Shown: piece after piece, positions 31,149-32,000 of the stretch
Position numbering within the stretch: position 1 is the stretch's first letter
How the letters are laid out: each line of letters opens with the position of its first letter
NCBI RefSeq assembly: GCF_900199515.1
Contig: NZ_LT963434.1
Coordinates: 1,233,272-1,265,271, forward strand
DNA from: Massilicoli timonensis
GTDB lineage: Bacteria; Bacillota_I; Bacilli_A; Erysipelotrichales; Erysipelotrichaceae
DNA length: 32,000 bases
Direction of reading: 5' to 3'
Translations under genes and position numbers: made by a program
The notes under the pieces: model-generated
What the model was told of the DNA's origin: nothing
Database searches by the model: none
What the model saw: only the letters and a program-made list of their open reading frames with translations

Positions 31149-31171
31149 CCTCGGGCCAATGTGGCCCGAGG
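31149..31171 (-). repeat. ICE hairpin repeat copy 17
   Basis: Plus strand CCTCGGGCCAATGTGGCCCGAGG (perfect 9-bp arms), 1 nt after the TAA stop at 31173-31175. Confidence 0.9.
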
Positions 31172-31172
31172 C

Positions 31173-32000
31173 TTACCGCTCGGCATCCCTGCCGGACGGA
31201 GCTTTCTTTTCCGGCTCCGTCTGGACTTTTTCGCCCTGTTCCCGCATGGCCTGCAAGATAGAGGGCTTCTTTTGAAGCTGGGAGGGCTTTTCGCCGGACA
31301 GCGGCTTGATACATTCCAGACGGTCAGCCGCCCGGATGGCGTTGTCCGTGAGCTGCCGCTGCCATGCGCCCACGCTGGGAGCCCAGCGAAAGCCGTTGCT
31401 TTTCAGCTCGGCCCGGGTGTCCGCGTCAGGCTTTCCATCAAAGAACACCTGCAAGCGGTTATCCTCCCGGTTCATTTCCACACGGCCCCCGTCAAACTCC
31501 CAGCCGGAAAACTCCCGCTGCGCCTGTTTGGAAAGCTGTTCGATACGGGCCTTTACCCGGCGGATCTCCGCGTTGTTGTTGGTAAGCTGGTAGCTTTCAA
31601 AGGGCCTCGGGTCACTCCGCCACCTTGACGCCATGCTGGCTTTCAGCTTTTCGATCTGGTCGGGCGACAGCAGCGCACAGCCGTCCAGCTTGCCATGCTT
31701 GCGGTAATAAGCGTTGACCTCCTTCATAATGAGCTGGGAGCGTTCCAGCCCGTCCAGCTTTTTCTGGAGCTTTTCAATGGCCGCCGGGTCATCGGCGCTG
31801 ATACCGCCCATGCCGGTGCTGCGTATCTTATCCAGCAGCCCTTGAATATGCCGCCATTCCTCCATGTTGCTGTCCCGCGCCCGGTTCTGTTTTTCTTTCT
31901 TTCCCACCGGGAAATTGGAAGGCCCGGCAATCAGCACAGAGGGAACCCTCGCGTCAATGGCAAAGCCCTGGTTCATGTTTTCGGCCAGCTTGCGGGCGTA
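31173..32000 (-). CDS. DUF3560-like conjugative element protein, probably 5'-partial
   Basis: C-terminus WEFDGGRVEMNREDNRLQVFFDGKPDADTRAELKSNGFRWAPSVGAWQRQ. The frame remains open from 31976 to the window edge (YARKLAEN upstream of the first ATG). Confidence 0.65.
   Translation of the reverse strand, partial: YARKLAENMNQGFAIDARVPSVLIAGPSNFPVGKKEKQNRARDSNMEEWRHIQGLLDKIRSTGMGGISADDPAAIEKLQKKLDGLERSQLIMKEVNAYYRKHGKLDGCALLSPDQIEKLKASMASRWRSDPRPFESYQLTNNNAEIRRVKARIEQLSKQAQREFSGWEFDGGRVEMNREDNRLQVFFDGKPDADTRAELKSNGFRWAPSVGAWQRQLTDNAIRAADRLECIKPLSGEKPSQLQKKPSILQAMREQGEKVQTEPEKKAPSGRDAER

Larger units (their letters stand above)
2738..32000. mobile_element. Integrative conjugative element (Tn1549/CTn-like backbone with large serine recombinase); left end approximate, right end beyond the window
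   Basis: A contiguous minus-strand set of VirD4, VirB4, VirB6-like, PrgI-like, NlpC/P60, MobC, relaxase and PcfB genes. A large serine recombinase sits at the extreme left, abutting housekeeping genes. Base composition becomes visibly GC-richer after about 2770. Confidence 0.85.

Noticed and set aside
4652-31171. Could the 17 hairpin repeats be a CRISPR array or several arrays?
   Set aside because: The spacing is irregular and kilobase-scale, with whole genes between copies. The unit is only 23 nt and there are no cas genes. This is a dispersed repeat, not an array.
4652-31171. Hairpins as ordinary rho-independent terminators
   Set aside because: No copy is followed by a U tract. Several are followed within a few nt by the next gene's RBS. 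Three have a separate, unrelated terminator just downstream. Simple terminators would not need a conserved arm sequence.

Overview
The window holds the left chromosome junction and about 29 kb of a Firmicutes/Clostridia-type integrative conjugative element (ICE). Its gene set resembles the Tn1549 / C. difficile CTn family. Positions 1-2737 are AT-richer housekeeping DNA: the metK 5' part behind a SAM-I riboswitch, a LytTR regulator with a LiaF-like membrane protein, and an Ig-like membrane-anchored protein. From about 2740 to the window end, nearly everything is on the minus strand. In order it carries: a large serine recombinase, small regulators including a sigma-70 region-4 protein, and a cargo block. 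The cargo holds a BceRS/BceAB-like two-component system with an ABC ATPase and an FtsX permease broken by one in-frame TGA, a GntR-ABC-ABC2 module and an XRE regulator. Beyond the cargo come a MOB relaxase, an AT-rich plus-strand HNH-like cargo gene, MobC and an inserted IS110-family element. The transfer core follows: a Cys-rich protein, DUF4366-like and DUF4315-like proteins, an NlpC/P60 hydrolase, VirB4, a PrgI-like protein, a SpoVG-like protein, a VirB6-like protein, a Maff2-like protein, VirD4, PcfB and a DUF3560-like protein. The most striking unexplained signal is a conserved 23-nt palindromic hairpin (CTTCGGGCC-N5-GGCCCGAAG) present 17 times, only in the GC-rich ICE DNA (absent from the chromosomal flank and the AT-rich cargo blocks). 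It usually sits between a stop codon and the next RBS, and three copies are read through in frame. The IS110 element sits directly against one copy. Other notable points are: a duplicated about 44-bp promoter/operator module, one copy with an oriT-like ATCCTG core, upstream of the recombinase gene and the relaxase operon; a three-copy response-regulator box, one copy orphan; a roughly 420-nt structured noncoding region; and two transfer genes without a canonical start codon. All functional calls come from reading motifs in the translations. No database search was possible.
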